Source of the DNA: Escherichia phage DaisyDussoix
Sequence record: MZ501058
DNA: 64,000 nt
Direction: 5' to 3' (one strand)
Shown: piece by piece, positions 27,102 through 35,688 of the stretch
Position numbering within the stretch: the stretch's first letter is position 1
Layout: every line of letters starts with the position of its first letter
Translations under genes and position numbers: made by a program
The notes under the pieces: model-generated
Databases searched by the model: none
What the model was told of the DNA's origin: nothing
What the model saw: the letters and a program-made list of their open reading frames with translations, nothing else

Positions 27102-27461
27102 TTGCAAATGCAATTATCAAGCAAGATTCAAGGTTATTTCGGTCATGTAACAATGGAGTTCGCTATCTCTAAAGGTTGGGACTTCGAACAAGATTTAGCT
27201 GAGTTCTACAAAGATATTGATCTGAACGTACCATACATGGGACTTTCTACTGGTCAGGAGATCACAGAAGCCGATGTATTCAAGGCAAGTCAAGGTGAGG
27301 TAACACCTAGTTTTGCCGAGTTCTGGTTAGGCATTACGTTAAAAGAAGATGCACCAGATAGTGGTGTACTAATGTCTAGTATGCACTCTGGAAGTTCCGA
27401 TTACCTTTTCATTAGCGATGTTAAGGAAATACAAGAAGTCTGCAAAAATGTACTTGCTTGA
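27102..27461 (+). CDS. hypothetical protein
   Basis: 119 aa ORF with AAGGA RBS. Confidence 0.5.
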   Translation: MQMQLSSKIQGYFGHVTMEFAISKGWDFEQDLAEFYKDIDLNVPYMGLSTGQEITEADVFKASQGEVTPSFAEFWLGITLKEDAPDSGVLMSSMHSGSSDYLFISDVKEIQEVCKNVLA

Positions 27462-27482
27462 TGCTTAATTTCTTGTTATAAT
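27454..27482 (+). promoter_or_regulatory. T5-type early promoter reading into structured RNA 27530-27702
   Basis: TGTACTTGCT ... TCTTGTTATAATATTTATATAAATTGATGGGG. Confidence 0.65.
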
Positions 27483-27529
27483 ATTTATATAAATTGATGG
27501 GGAGAAATCCTCATCATAGTTCACTAAGG

Positions 27530-27702
27530 TATTAGCTCGACCTAGGACTGGCTGCCAAAAAGCACGATCCCTACAATTCGGGAGAAGTTCTAGATTAGTC
27601 CACTAGATTCAGCGGCAACTGAATAGTGTATCGGGTTTGCGAGATGACGCAGTTCCTTCCGCTCGAAGCGAAGGTGCTGTAGTTACGCCGAGCTAATAGC
27701 CT
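27530..27702 (+). ncRNA. structured RNA candidate closed by 9-bp stem
   Basis: 5' ATTAGCTCG pairs with 3' CGAGCTAAT; sits between a T5-type promoter and tRNA-Ala; no ORF, no T-loop. Confidence 0.3.
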
Positions 27703-27720
27703 TAGTAAACTAAATAATTT

Positions 27721-27792
27721 GGGCGAATAGTGTCAGCGGGAGCACACCAGACTTGCAATCTGGTAGGGAGGGTTCGAGTCCCTCTTTGTCCA
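27721..27792 (+). tRNA. tRNA-Ala (anticodon UGC)
   Basis: Acceptor GGGCGAA/TTTGTCC with G3-U70, stem CCAGA/TCTGG, loop CTTGCAA, T-arm GAGGG-TTCGAGT-CCCTC, CCA. Confidence 0.8.
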
Positions 27793-27800
27793 CCAAATTC

Positions 27801-27882
27801 GGGGCTATGCTGGAACTGGTAGACAATACGGCCTTAGATTCCGTAGCTTAAATGCGTGGGAGTTCGAGTCTCCCTAGCCCCA
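27801..27882 (+). tRNA. tRNA-Leu (anticodon UAG), type II
   Basis: Acceptor GGGGCTA/TAGCCCC, stem TACGG/CCGTA, loop containing TAG, long variable arm, T-arm GGGAG-TTCGAGT-CTCCC, CCA. Confidence 0.75.
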
Positions 27883-27902
27883 CCAACTCATAGGATTTAT
27901 GT

Positions 27903-28487
27903 ATGCAGTTTGTACCAATAAAAGATGCACCAGGGTATTTAGTAAATGAGGCGGGGGATGTGTTCTCTACATTTACTAATAAAGTTTTATCAAGATATAT
28001 AGTTGATGGATACCCTGCTGTAAAATTACAGATAAATGGTAAACAAACCTCTGTACTTATACACCGAATTATTTCTCATGTATTTGGGGACTTATATAAT
28101 CTATTTGACCCTGAACTAGAGGTAGATCATAAGGATAGAGATAGACTGAATCTATCTAAAGATAATCTTCAAGTCCTATCAAAAATAGAACATCAGAGGA
28201 AAACTAATAAAGATAATGGGTGGTCTGACAGTAGAGTACCTTGCCCCCTATGTGGGAGTCTAATGCTTCAGAGATCTGTAACATGTACAAATTGTAAGCC
28301 AAAACCTACAGGAAGGTTGATAAAACCAGAATTGTCTTTAGACGACATAACTGAAAAGGTTTTATTAATGGGGTGGGTTAAGGCAGCTAAAGAGTTAGAA
28401 GTATCAGAGTCCACTTTGCGCAGGAGGTATACTAAACTAACTGGATTAAGCCCAAAAGTATTAACAGAACAATGGAAAAGCAAGTAG
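27903..28487 (+). CDS. HNH homing endonuclease, family B
   Basis: 194 aa; EVDHKDRDRLN HNH motif, same architecture as 26007 and 29338. Confidence 0.85.
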   Translation: MQFVPIKDAPGYLVNEAGDVFSTFTNKVLSRYIVDGYPAVKLQINGKQTSVLIHRIISHVFGDLYNLFDPELEVDHKDRDRLNLSKDNLQVLSKIEHQRKTNKDNGWSDSRVPCPLCGSLMLQRSVTCTNCKPKPTGRLIKPELSLDDITEKVLLMGWVKAAKELEVSESTLRRRYTKLTGLSPKVLTEQWKSK

Positions 28488-28562
28488 ACTGGCGACTAAA
28501 CCCGATTGGAAAGTGGCTGACTTGTGAAAGCAGGCTTGAGAGTTCGAATCTCTCTTCTTCCG
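28474..28562 (+). tRNA. tRNA-like gene, long type; 3' half canonical, 5' half not confidently folded
   Basis: T-arm GAGAG-TTCGAAT-CTCTC, acceptor 3' strand TTCTTCC-G-CCA identical to tRNA-Ser(GCU) end; 5' strand GGAAAAG has one mismatch; overlaps HNH ORF stop. Confidence 0.4.
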
Positions 28563-28572
28563 CCAAACAATA

Positions 28573-28660
28573 GAAGATAGGACGTAGTGGTACGTAACCG
28601 GTCTTGAAAACCGGCCCGCTGTAGTGATACGGTGTAAGGGTTCGATCCCCTTACCTACCT
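28573..28660 (+). tRNA. tRNA-Ser (anticodon UGA)-like, type II; acceptor pairing not found
   Basis: D-arm ACGT-AGTGGT-ACGT, stem CCGGT/ACCGG, loop CTTGAAA, long variable arm, T-arm AAGGG-TTCGATC-CCCTT, CCA; 5' acceptor strand does not pair in my reading. Confidence 0.4.
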
Positions 28661-29029
28661 CCAAATCTTGAAGTATGCCGAAATCGGTAGACGGGGCTGC
28701 CTAAAAGGTTTATAGGGAACATCCACTCCCTACAACATACCTCATAAAGCGGCTGAGATAAATGGTCTATCTCGTGAAGGTTCAAGTCCTTCTGCTTCTT
28801 GATACATCTATGGCTCAAAGTGTAACGGTGCTATTTGATGCTCTTGGTAAGACTTCCCCGACATGCGTTCGGGAGTAAGCTGCTAAGACTAGAGTAGAAG
28901 AGTTTCTGAGAGCCGCCACAATTGAAAATTCGTACTCGTCTTGAGCTGCGCGCAATAGGAGATAACTTGATTAGTATTCTAGAACATGCTAATTGAGGAA
29001 GGTTTCGCTAACCCTGCGAGTTTTCAATT

Positions 29030-29103
29030 GTGGCTATATCATAATTGGTTAATGATCCTGATTGTGAATCAGGCCTATGTGGATTCGAATTCCACTAGCC
29101 ACC
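29030..29103 (+). tRNA. tRNA-His (anticodon GUG)
   Basis: Acceptor GTGGCTA/TAGCCAC, stem CCTGA/TCAGG, loop TTGTGAA, T-arm GTGGA-TTCGAAT-TCCAC, CCA. Confidence 0.85.
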
Positions 29104-29136
29104 CCAAATTAACTTAACTTAAATAGGAAATAAAAT

Positions 29137-29331
29137 ATGGCTGATTTCTGCAAACAATGCTCCATTGATATGTGGGGCAGAGATACTGGTGATCTTTCTG
29201 GTTTGATTACAGAAGCTGAGGTCAAAGAAGGTTATGGTGCAGTTGTGATTTGCGAAGGATGCGGAGTTATTCGAGTAGATCATGAAGGCAAACGTTTAGA
29301 AGAATCTGAGCCAACAACAATTTTTCCGTAG
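29137..29331 (+). CDS. Cys-rich small protein
   Basis: 64 aa with CKQC...CEGC pairs. Confidence 0.4.
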   Translation: MADFCKQCSIDMWGRDTGDLSGLITEAEVKEGYGAVVICEGCGVIRVDHEGKRLEESEPTTIFP

Positions 29332-29337
29332 AATAAG

Positions 29338-29919
29338 ATGAAATTAGAGAATTTCAAAGTAATTCCTGAGTATCCAGAATACTTAATCTCTCCATACGGA
29401 GAGGTTTACTCTACCAAGAGTAATAAATTACTTACACATCATTTAGGCAGTGCGGGATACCTGTTTGTAACGTTCTATGAACAGGGTAAAAATGTTTCTG
29501 TTGTACTGCATAGATTATTGGCTAGAGTATTTAAAGATTTACCTTCGCTAGAATCTGAACTAGAGGTGGATCACAAAGATAGGAATAAATTGAACTTTGC
29601 CCTGGATAATCTAGTTGTCATGACCAAGGAAGATCACAGAGTAAAAACTACACTTGAAAGAGGACATATAATAGGTGGTAACAAGTGCCCTTATTGTAGT
29701 AAACAAATAAATTCTTCAGCTAAAACTTGTTTTGATTGTAAACCTAAGAGTAACCCTGCTATTACAGCAGAGCAAATAGAATATTGGGTAATAAATTATT
29801 CGTGGGTTAAAGCATCAAAAGAGCTGGGACTATCTGATAATGGTCTACGTAAACGTTATAAATCCTTAACAGGTAAAGATCCAAAAAGTATTAAGAAGAA
29901 GGTTAGCCAAGTCGGTTAA
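29338..29919 (+). CDS. HNH homing endonuclease, family B
   Basis: 193 aa; EVDHKDRNKLN HNH motif; 3' end overlaps the following tRNA. Confidence 0.85.
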   Translation: MKLENFKVIPEYPEYLISPYGEVYSTKSNKLLTHHLGSAGYLFVTFYEQGKNVSVVLHRLLARVFKDLPSLESELEVDHKDRNKLNFALDNLVVMTKEDHRVKTTLERGHIIGGNKCPYCSKQINSSAKTCFDCKPKSNPAITAEQIEYWVINYSWVKASKELGLSDNGLRKRYKSLTGKDPKSIKKKVSQVG

Positions 29920-29968
29920 GGCTGGGGTCTCTGAAATCCTGATCAGTGGTTCAAATCCACTACTTTCT
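29897..29968 (+). tRNA. tRNA-Gln (anticodon CUG)
   Basis: Acceptor AGAAGGT/ACTTTCT, loop CTCTGAA, T-arm AGTGG-TTCAAAT-CCACT, CCA; overlaps last 22 nt of HNH ORF. Confidence 0.65.
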
Positions 29969-29978
29969 GCCAAACAAT

Positions 29979-30053
29979 TGGGGATTAGCTTAGCTTGGCC
30001 TAAAGCTTCGGCCTTTGAAGTCGAGATCATTGGTTCAAATCCAATATCCCCTG
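29979..30053 (+). tRNA. tRNA-Gln (anticodon UUG)
   Basis: Acceptor (T)GGGGAT/ATCCCCT, stem TCGGC/GTCGA, loop CTTTGAA, T-arm ATTGG-TTCAAAT-CCAAT, CCA. Confidence 0.65.
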
Positions 30054-30067
30054 CCAGCCAAATTAAT

Positions 30068-30139
30068 GCGTGATTAGTTCAGTGGCTAGAATAACTGGCT
30101 TCCAACCAGTAGACACGAGTTCGACTCTCGTATCCCGCA
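30068..30139 (+). tRNA. tRNA-Gly (anticodon UCC)
   Basis: Acceptor GCGTGAT/ATCCCGC (one mismatch), stem ACTGG/CCAGT, loop CTTCCAA, T-arm ACGAG-TTCGACT-CTCGT, CCA. Confidence 0.75.
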
Positions 30140-30156
30140 CCAAATAAGGAAACACT

Positions 30157-30408
30157 ATGCACGTTTTTGAGTTTCGTAATAAAAGTACCGATAAGCGAGT
30201 TATCATTATTGGAGAAACATATCGAGCATATGAACAAACTGACGGCTCTGTTATCTTGAATGATGAGAAAGGAGGTTTTAGCTTTTATCCAGAAGAACCT
30301 TATGAAGAGTTTCGAAAACAATTTAACCTAGACTGGAGAAAGCATTTAAACACTGTTGCTTCATCTGTAATATTGCCAACTACCAGTACTGTACTCTCTA
30401 ATGGCTGA
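30157..30408 (+). CDS. hypothetical protein
   Basis: 83 aa ORF with AAGGAAA RBS. Confidence 0.45.
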   Translation: MHVFEFRNKSTDKRVIIIGETYRAYEQTDGSVILNDEKGGFSFYPEEPYEEFRKQFNLDWRKHLNTVASSVILPTTSTVLSNG

Positions 30409-30575
30409 CAACCTAAAAGTAAAGATTGATAAACAAAAGAAACGTGTAGAAGTAGAGATTGGTGAAGAACGTGTTGCCTTTACTTTTGAATTTCTACAGC
30501 AAATGGCAATGACAGTTATGACTGATAAGTCCCCTGTTATTGAAAAAGAAATCCCGTTGAAATAACGGGATCATA

Positions 30576-30647
30576 GCTCCTAAAGCATTGCTGGCGATGC
30601 AGTTGCCTTGTAAGCATCTGAACCGGGTTCGATTCCTGGTGGGAGCA
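30576..30647 (+). tRNA. tRNA-Thr (anticodon UGU)
   Basis: Acceptor GCTCCTA/TGGGAGC, D-stem GCAT/ATGC, loop CTTGTAA, T-arm CCGGG-TTCGATT-CCTGG, CCA. Confidence 0.8.
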
Positions 30648-30665
30648 CCAAATTTAAAAATTCAT

Positions 30666-30694
30666 TTGCTTTCTCTCTTATTTATTGTTATAAT
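30666..30694 (+). promoter_or_regulatory. T5-type early promoter
   Basis: AAAATTCATTTGCT ... ATTGTTATAATAATTATATAAATTAATGAGAGGG. Confidence 0.7.
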
Positions 30695-30724
30695 AATTAT
30701 ATAAATTAATGAGAGGGAAACCAA

Positions 30725-31015
30725 ATGAAACGTTATCTTTCTGTAGTATTCCAAACTGGCGGCCAAAGATACACCTATGAATTTCCACCCTCTTGGAAAA
30801 TCAAAGAGGGTGATCAAGTAGTAGTGTTAACACCGCGTGAAGGATATAAAGTAGTAACGGTTAAACAAGTATTTCTAAAAGATCATGAACCAGCTAAAGG
30901 CATCTGCTATAAGATGATTCATGGTGTGGTTCGTCAAGTACCACGAACTGAGGTAGAAGTAGATAAGACTGGAGAAACTAAATTCCATTATACTTCTTAC
31001 TTAGACAGTGTGTGA
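30725..31015 (+). CDS. hypothetical protein
   Basis: 96 aa ORF with GAGAGGG RBS downstream of a T5-type promoter. Confidence 0.5.
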   Translation: MKRYLSVVFQTGGQRYTYEFPPSWKIKEGDQVVVLTPREGYKVVTVKQVFLKDHEPAKGICYKMIHGVVRQVPRTEVEVDKTGETKFHYTSYLDSV

Positions 31016-31030
31016 TGTAAATATTTTAAT

Positions 31031-31104
31031 GCTTCGGTAGCTTAGCGATCTAAAGCACTCGGCTGATAACCGAGAGATCGGGGGTTTAAATCCCTCCCGG
31101 AGTA
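31031..31104 (+). tRNA. tRNA-Ile (anticodon GAU)
   Basis: Acceptor GCTTCGG/CCGGAGT, stem CTCGG/CCGAG, loop CTGATAA, unusual T-loop TTTAAAT, CCA. Confidence 0.75.
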
Positions 31105-31203
31105 CCAAATTTAGGAATTAAGACTATGCGTCCAGGAAAGTTTAAAAAAGCTAATTGGACTAAAGAGTATAAAGAATACTTACTTAGTCTAGTAAAACAT
31201 AAT

Positions 31204-31276
31204 AGTTAGTTGGCAGAGTGGTTATGCACCTCCTTCATACGGAGTGACTACAGTGGTTCAAATCCACTACTAACTA
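31204..31276 (+). tRNA. tRNA-Met or Ile2 (anticodon CAU), third CAU tRNA
   Basis: Acceptor AGTTAGT/ACTAACT, loop TTCATAC, T-arm AGTGG-TTCAAAT-CCACT, CCA. Confidence 0.7.
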
Positions 31277-31316
31277 CCATTAAAAGAGCTAGAGATAGCT
31301 AAATTTAGGAGCAGCT

Positions 31317-31511
31317 ATGTTAACAATTAAAATAATGTCAGCCAAGAATGGGGAGCAGATTCATACAGGAAAAAGTGTAAGCTTTAATCCTAGAAATAAA
31401 AGATTGGCTATAGTTGGAGTAGACCAAGCCATCTTTTTAAAAGAAGATGAAGTAGCATATGTCATGAACCAAACTGGTAAGACAGTTTCCGTATACTATG
31501 GAAAAGTATAA
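31317..31511 (+). CDS. hypothetical small protein
   Basis: 64 aa ORF with AGGAG RBS. Confidence 0.4.
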   Translation: MLTIKIMSAKNGEQIHTGKSVSFNPRNKRLAIVGVDQAIFLKEDEVAYVMNQTGKTVSVYYGKV

Positions 31512-31553
31512 AGAATAAAGAGCTGAGCCAAATTCTAATATCGTGGAGATCTA

Positions 31554-31922
31554 ATGAAAGCATATCAAAATCTTAAATCCGGCGTAATCAACCTCGTTCA
31601 TGAAAATCAGATTATTCAGCTATACTCCGACAACGGTGAACTTAAACAGAAAGTTCTAGTTGAAGATCTAGAAGGTATCACACCACAATTCGATCCTGAA
31701 GCCTTCCGTGAAGTTAAGGTGGAAGTCGCCCCTCAAATCGAAGGTGGTCAGCACCTAAATGTCAATGTGTTAAGCCGTGATCAGCTTTTGGATGCGCAGA
31801 AACATCTTGAAAAATATCCTCAGTTGACCATCCGTGTCTCTGGCTACGCTGTTCGATTTAATGCACTGACTCGTGAACAACAGAACGACGTTATTAGTCG
31901 TACATTTACTCAGGCGATGTAA
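31554..31922 (+). CDS. hypothetical protein
   Basis: 122 aa ORF. Confidence 0.5.
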   Translation: MKAYQNLKSGVINLVHENQIIQLYSDNGELKQKVLVEDLEGITPQFDPEAFREVKVEVAPQIEGGQHLNVNVLSRDQLLDAQKHLEKYPQLTIRVSGYAVRFNALTREQQNDVISRTFTQAM

Positions 31923-32003
31923 TGGGGTTTGGATACGATTTCTCCCAGCTACGCAAGGTAGTCGAGCAAACTCCATTTATCTCCCAAGTTTTAGGAGAAA
32001 TGT

Positions 32004-32318
32004 GTGGATCGAGCATTAAGACGTCATCACCGGCAACGTGTGAAGAACAACCGCAAGAAGTATTGGACAGTCTTCCCACATGAAGAAAGCCCTAAGCGGT
32101 TAGGTATTATCACTACTACTCCTTGCATCTGTTCTTGTTGGATGTGTGGGAACCCTCGCAAATATTATAAGAATAGTAAAGCAGGTATGAAAACCTCGGA
32201 GATCAGGAAAATGGAAGCAATGATTATGGGCATTTCAAATGATGAATTTGATGGCTTTGTAGGATTCGGAGAAGGAATCAGCTCAGGCTGTTTCGAAGAT
32301 GAACGCCCCTATCTGTAA
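32004..32318 (+). CDS. hypothetical Cys-containing basic protein
   Basis: 104 aa ORF followed by hairpin terminator. Confidence 0.45.
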   Translation: MDRALRRHHRQRVKNNRKKYWTVFPHEESPKRLGIITTTPCICSCWMCGNPRKYYKNSKAGMKTSEIRKMEAMIMGISNDEFDGFVGFGEGISSGCFEDERPYL

Positions 32319-32327
32319 TTAATAACA

Positions 32328-32363
32328 AACCCCAGCTATTGAATAAGTAGTCTGGGGTTTTTC
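32328..32363 (+). terminator. rho-independent terminator
   Basis: AAACCCCAG...CTGGGGTTTTTCTG. Confidence 0.65.
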
Positions 32364-32439
32364 TGTATAAAGGTACATAATATATGTATAACAAAATTCA
32401 TCCACATTAGGTTAATTTAAAAGACTTAATGGAGGTAAT

Positions 32440-32787
32440 ATGAGCCGTACTTATCGTAAACAATCTGGTGATCAGTGGTGGAAGTCTAAAGCTAATTACA
32501 CCCAGGGATATACTTTCCTCAAAGCAAGTGGCTACTACATTCGTGTTACTTATGCTAAATCCTGGGATGAGGTAGAACAGGAAATGGAAGAAGCAACCAT
32601 TCGTAATGAGAAAAAGGATGGTTATAACTGGAATTCCATTAGTAAGAATGTTAAGTGGCACTCTAATAAAATGGTTCGTCAAGGGAATCGTCAAGAACTT
32701 CACCGCGTGATGAAAGATCCAGAAAATTACGACTATAATCGTGATCATGACATGCGTAAGCGTGGGTTATGGTGGTGCTATGACTAA
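32440..32787 (+). CDS. hypothetical protein
   Basis: 115 aa ORF with GGAGG RBS. Confidence 0.5.
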   Translation: MSRTYRKQSGDQWWKSKANYTQGYTFLKASGYYIRVTYAKSWDEVEQEMEEATIRNEKKDGYNWNSISKNVKWHSNKMVRQGNRQELHRVMKDPENYDYNRDHDMRKRGLWWCYD

Positions 32788-32805
32788 ATTCTGAAATAAT
32801 TCATT

Positions 32806-32833
32806 TGCTAAACCTCTCTTTTCTTGCTATAAT
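32806..32833 (+). promoter_or_regulatory. T5-type early promoter
   Basis: AATTCATTTGCT ... CTTGCTATAATATGTTTATAAATTGATGAGAGAGG. Confidence 0.7.
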
Positions 32834-32863
32834 ATGTTTATAAATTGATGAGAGAGGTTTGAA

Positions 32864-33145
32864 ATGAAAACTCGTCTAGACTGTGCTGTTCATGTTCTTG
32901 AGCATGATGTTGCTGGAACCTGTATGTCTTACCACGAAGCAGGTCGTTTGATTAAAGAACGTGTGGCAGATGTGTGTGGATTGAAGATTACTGCTGAGGA
33001 AGCTGATGATCTTTTAGGTCAAGCACTGGAGAAAACCGAAATGTTCCTCTGCGATTCTTGTTCTTGGTGGTGTGAAGCTCACGAACGTTCTTTCAATGAT
33101 TATGATGTATGTCGTGATTGTAGTGGGGAGGATGAAGATGAATAA
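32864..33145 (+). CDS. Cys-rich hypothetical protein
   Basis: 93 aa ORF with several Cys pairs. Confidence 0.5.
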   Translation: MKTRLDCAVHVLEHDVAGTCMSYHEAGRLIKERVADVCGLKITAEEADDLLGQALEKTEMFLCDSCSWWCEAHERSFNDYDVCRDCSGEDEDE

Positions 33146-33437
33146 GTTTATTATTGCACTGATGATCTCCGCAGTTAGTTTCGGTTCTCTGGCATCTACC
33201 AAAGTTTCTATGAAAAATGGTAATGTTAAAGTCCAACAGAACGGTATTATTACCGAGTATGGTAAAGTTCGTGATGTTAAAGAACGTAATGGTAAAGTAG
33301 AAATCTATACTAATAAAAACTTCTCTACTCCAGCCGTTACTATTGGCAAACGTGGTGAAATAACCACTCAACGTACTAATAGTTCCAGCTCTTTTACTTG
33401 TCGTTATGATTGCGACTTTGAAGGTGAAGATGAATAA
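33138..33437 (+). CDS. secreted small protein
   Basis: MNKFIIALMISAVSFGSLAS signal peptide, internal start of ORF 33072..33437. Confidence 0.5.
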   Translation: MNKFIIALMISAVSFGSLASTKVSMKNGNVKVQQNGIITEYGKVRDVKERNGKVEIYTNKNFSTPAVTIGKRGEITTQRTNSSSSFTCRYDCDFEGEDE

Positions 33438-33825
33438 TTTAGACCCTAGAATTAAATTTGCAATTACGGAAATCCAAGATCAAATTGATGAGGACTTCAC
33501 TGTTTGGTCAAGGTCTGGTAATGGAGAATATTGCCAGCTTTATAGCATGAAAATGGGTATCTCAATTGAGCTTAATATCAACTCTGAAGGCAGAGTAGAA
33601 GCCCAACCCATGTTTAGCGTTCCAGGCTTCTCTGGATTTGTTGCAGGTATAAAATTGTGTCTACCAAATAACCATCTTCATCGAGTTATTTGTCAGCTAG
33701 AGACTATTAAGCATTTCTTGCCAGAAGATAACATTAATGACTACTACCACGAAGTTGTAGCAGCTCATATGATGAAAGAATCTAAACGTCGGAGAGAAGA
33801 ACGTGAAAAGACTAAACATCAATAG
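33430..33825 (+). CDS. hypothetical protein
   Basis: Internal Met (MNNLDPRIKF) of ORF 33406..33825, overlapping previous stop. Confidence 0.5.
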   Translation: MNNLDPRIKFAITEIQDQIDEDFTVWSRSGNGEYCQLYSMKMGISIELNINSEGRVEAQPMFSVPGFSGFVAGIKLCLPNNHLHRVICQLETIKHFLPEDNINDYYHEVVAAHMMKESKRRREEREKTKHQ

Positions 33826-34099
33826 CACAGTGCAGATTCCAGCAACTAAGGATGTTTTAACATTCCTACGAAGTGAAAACGCTCAGTTTTGGCATGATCA
33901 TGTTGTAAAGAACGGTAGTATTCCAGATGTAGTTGCCTTTGCCAAAAAACGTATTGAAGAATATAAAGATCCAGAGATTAAAGATGGGATGATCACTATG
34001 CAATTGTGGGTAGCCATGAATACGTTTGGACCTACTATGAGTCTAGGAGTTACTCCACTGTTTACTAATATTCTAATTAAGGAAAAGGATCTGAAATGA
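33803..34099 (+). CDS. hypothetical protein
   Basis: 98 aa ORF. Confidence 0.45.
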   Translation: MKRLNINSTVQIPATKDVLTFLRSENAQFWHDHVVKNGSIPDVVAFAKKRIEEYKDPEIKDGMITMQLWVAMNTFGPTMSLGVTPLFTNILIKEKDLK

Positions 34100-34380
34100 T
34101 TATCTCTCCATTTGCTCTTTGGTTCGTCATTGGATCTATAGTAGCTATTTACAGCTTGGTTGATGATCTGTATATTTCTAAGAATAAAGATGTAATATTA
34201 TACGTTATACATAAAACTCGACCGTTAGATCTGCCTCCTCTTGATGATAAAACATTACTCAGATGTGCTAGATCTATGATATTTGTTGTGGATATTCTTC
34301 TAGGCCCAACATCTGTGTTTTTCTTTTATAGAAAGACTCGTAATATGAAAAAATTTAAAGCTGAAATGCAGAATACCTAA
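34096..34380 (+). CDS. small membrane protein
   Basis: 94 aa, hydrophobic N-terminus. Confidence 0.5.
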   Translation: MIISPFALWFVIGSIVAIYSLVDDLYISKNKDVILYVIHKTRPLDLPPLDDKTLLRCARSMIFVVDILLGPTSVFFFYRKTRNMKKFKAEMQNT

Positions 34381-34490
34381 AGAACTCGCGTAGGACCGAG
34401 TTGCGTCACCTGCAACTGTTACGGATAAGGGAGTCGTGCCCCTTAGTGCGGTAAGTGGTGAGGTGGCTGCTAGCCATAACTGGAGATAAT

Positions 34491-34835
34491 ATGACTATAT
34501 TACTAATTCTTGTTACAACTTGGTTTTTAATCGGTGCTGTATATGCGATAGCTATTATTAGACATTTGGATGAACATTCTGCTGAATGGTTTGTTAAGTA
34601 TCTACGTATTGATGATCAAGAACAGAAGTTTAAAGATGAAAAGCAGAAAAAAGCAGTAAATAATATGACAGCCAAAGAATGCTTGTTCTACATGCGTATT
34701 GTAGGGTTCTTTGGACTATTAGTTGCTGGCCCAATTGGTTCTACCATTGCTCCATATAAAGAAACAGTTGCTGACATCAAATTGTGGAGAAATGCAGGGG
34801 TACTACGCAAAGCTAGAGAAACTAATATTACATAA
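34491..34835 (+). CDS. small membrane protein
   Basis: Internal Met MTILLILVTTWFLIGAVYAIAII with RBS; two predicted TM helices. Confidence 0.5.
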   Translation: MTILLILVTTWFLIGAVYAIAIIRHLDEHSAEWFVKYLRIDDQEQKFKDEKQKKAVNNMTAKECLFYMRIVGFFGLLVAGPIGSTIAPYKETVADIKLWRNAGVLRKARETNIT

Positions 34836-34878
34836 GATTGATACTAAATCAACTTACTAGCAAAAGCAAATAATGACA

Positions 34879-34916
34879 AAGCCCAGCCTGCACTTTTGCG
34901 ACTGGGCTATTTTTAT
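34879..34916 (+). terminator. rho-independent terminator
   Basis: AAGCCCAGCC...GACTGGGCTATTTTTAT. Confidence 0.6.
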
Positions 34917-34928
34917 AATAAAATTTTA

Positions 34929-34958
34929 GTTGCTTAGATGCCCAAACTTTTGTATAAT
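34929..34958 (+). promoter_or_regulatory. T5-type early promoter
   Basis: TTTAGTTGCTT ... TTTGTATAATATGTTTATAGATTGAGGCAAGAGG. Confidence 0.7.
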
Positions 34959-34989
34959 ATGTTTATAGATTGAGGCAAGAGGATTAAAT

Positions 34990-35688
34990 ATGAGGATTAT
35001 TTCTAAGTTCGCCGATGTGTATGATTTGCAGAACAGTTTGTTCGACCCAGATCGTGTTTGGGAGCGTAAAACTGAAGAGTTGCTGGTTAAAGTAACCGAT
35101 GATGCAGAAAAGAACATTGTGCATACTCGCCAGGTATTTCGTGATGGCTCGCTATCTTTTCGTGGTGATTTCGAATATTTTGTAAACCCACTATTTGTTG
35201 CAGGTGAAGTTTACTGGTTACACGAGCTGTACTGCTGGCATCCAGAGTTTAGCTTCAAAACGTTCGACCTCGACACTATGTTCGATAAAATGGAAGAGAT
35301 GGGATTGCATGCTCGCTCTTATTTAATGGATAAGAGTCGTGGAGATGTTCGTGAAACAATGCGTGATTTGCTAGTTGAAGCAAAACCTAAAGCAGAACGT
35401 ATCTTATCCGAACTGCGTGTACCGATTGCATATGTGAAAGGTATTAAAAAGAACGATAACGATGATGTTCGTAACTTCGTGATTCAGACTAACATTCGTT
35501 TCCATCAATCAGGTATTCCGTGGCAGGAAATTGAAAGTAACTTATACCGTTTACACCAAGTTCTCGAACAGTATATCTTTGGGGTACTAGGAACTGGTGA
35601 GCCTGATATGATTAAAGTATCAGATAAAGACAGGTTAGCAGCGCATGGATTTGATACAAAAACTTCTTTCAGGAATATGGCACGGTAA
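34990..35688 (+). CDS. hypothetical protein
   Basis: 232 aa ORF downstream of a T5-type promoter. Confidence 0.55.
   Translation: MRIISKFADVYDLQNSLFDPDRVWERKTEELLVKVTDDAEKNIVHTRQVFRDGSLSFRGDFEYFVNPLFVAGEVYWLHELYCWHPEFSFKTFDLDTMFDKMEEMGLHARSYLMDKSRGDVRETMRDLLVEAKPKAERILSELRVPIAYVKGIKKNDNDDVRNFVIQTNIRFHQSGIPWQEIESNLYRLHQVLEQYIFGVLGTGEPDMIKVSDKDRLAAHGFDTKTSFRNMAR

Noticed and set aside
28461-28664. Minus-strand ORF 28461..28664 and similar antisense ORFs across tRNA genes (e.g. 24712..24906)
   Set aside because: They run antisense through tRNA genes and structured RNA; no RBS; considered artefacts of six-frame translation.
28690-28800. tRNA at T-arm-like GAAGG-TTCAAGT-CCTTC (about 28776-28792)
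   Set aside because: The upstream hairpin has a non-U33 loop and 3-nt variable region, no acceptor pairing, no CCA; likely a tRNA-like fragment or part of another RNA.
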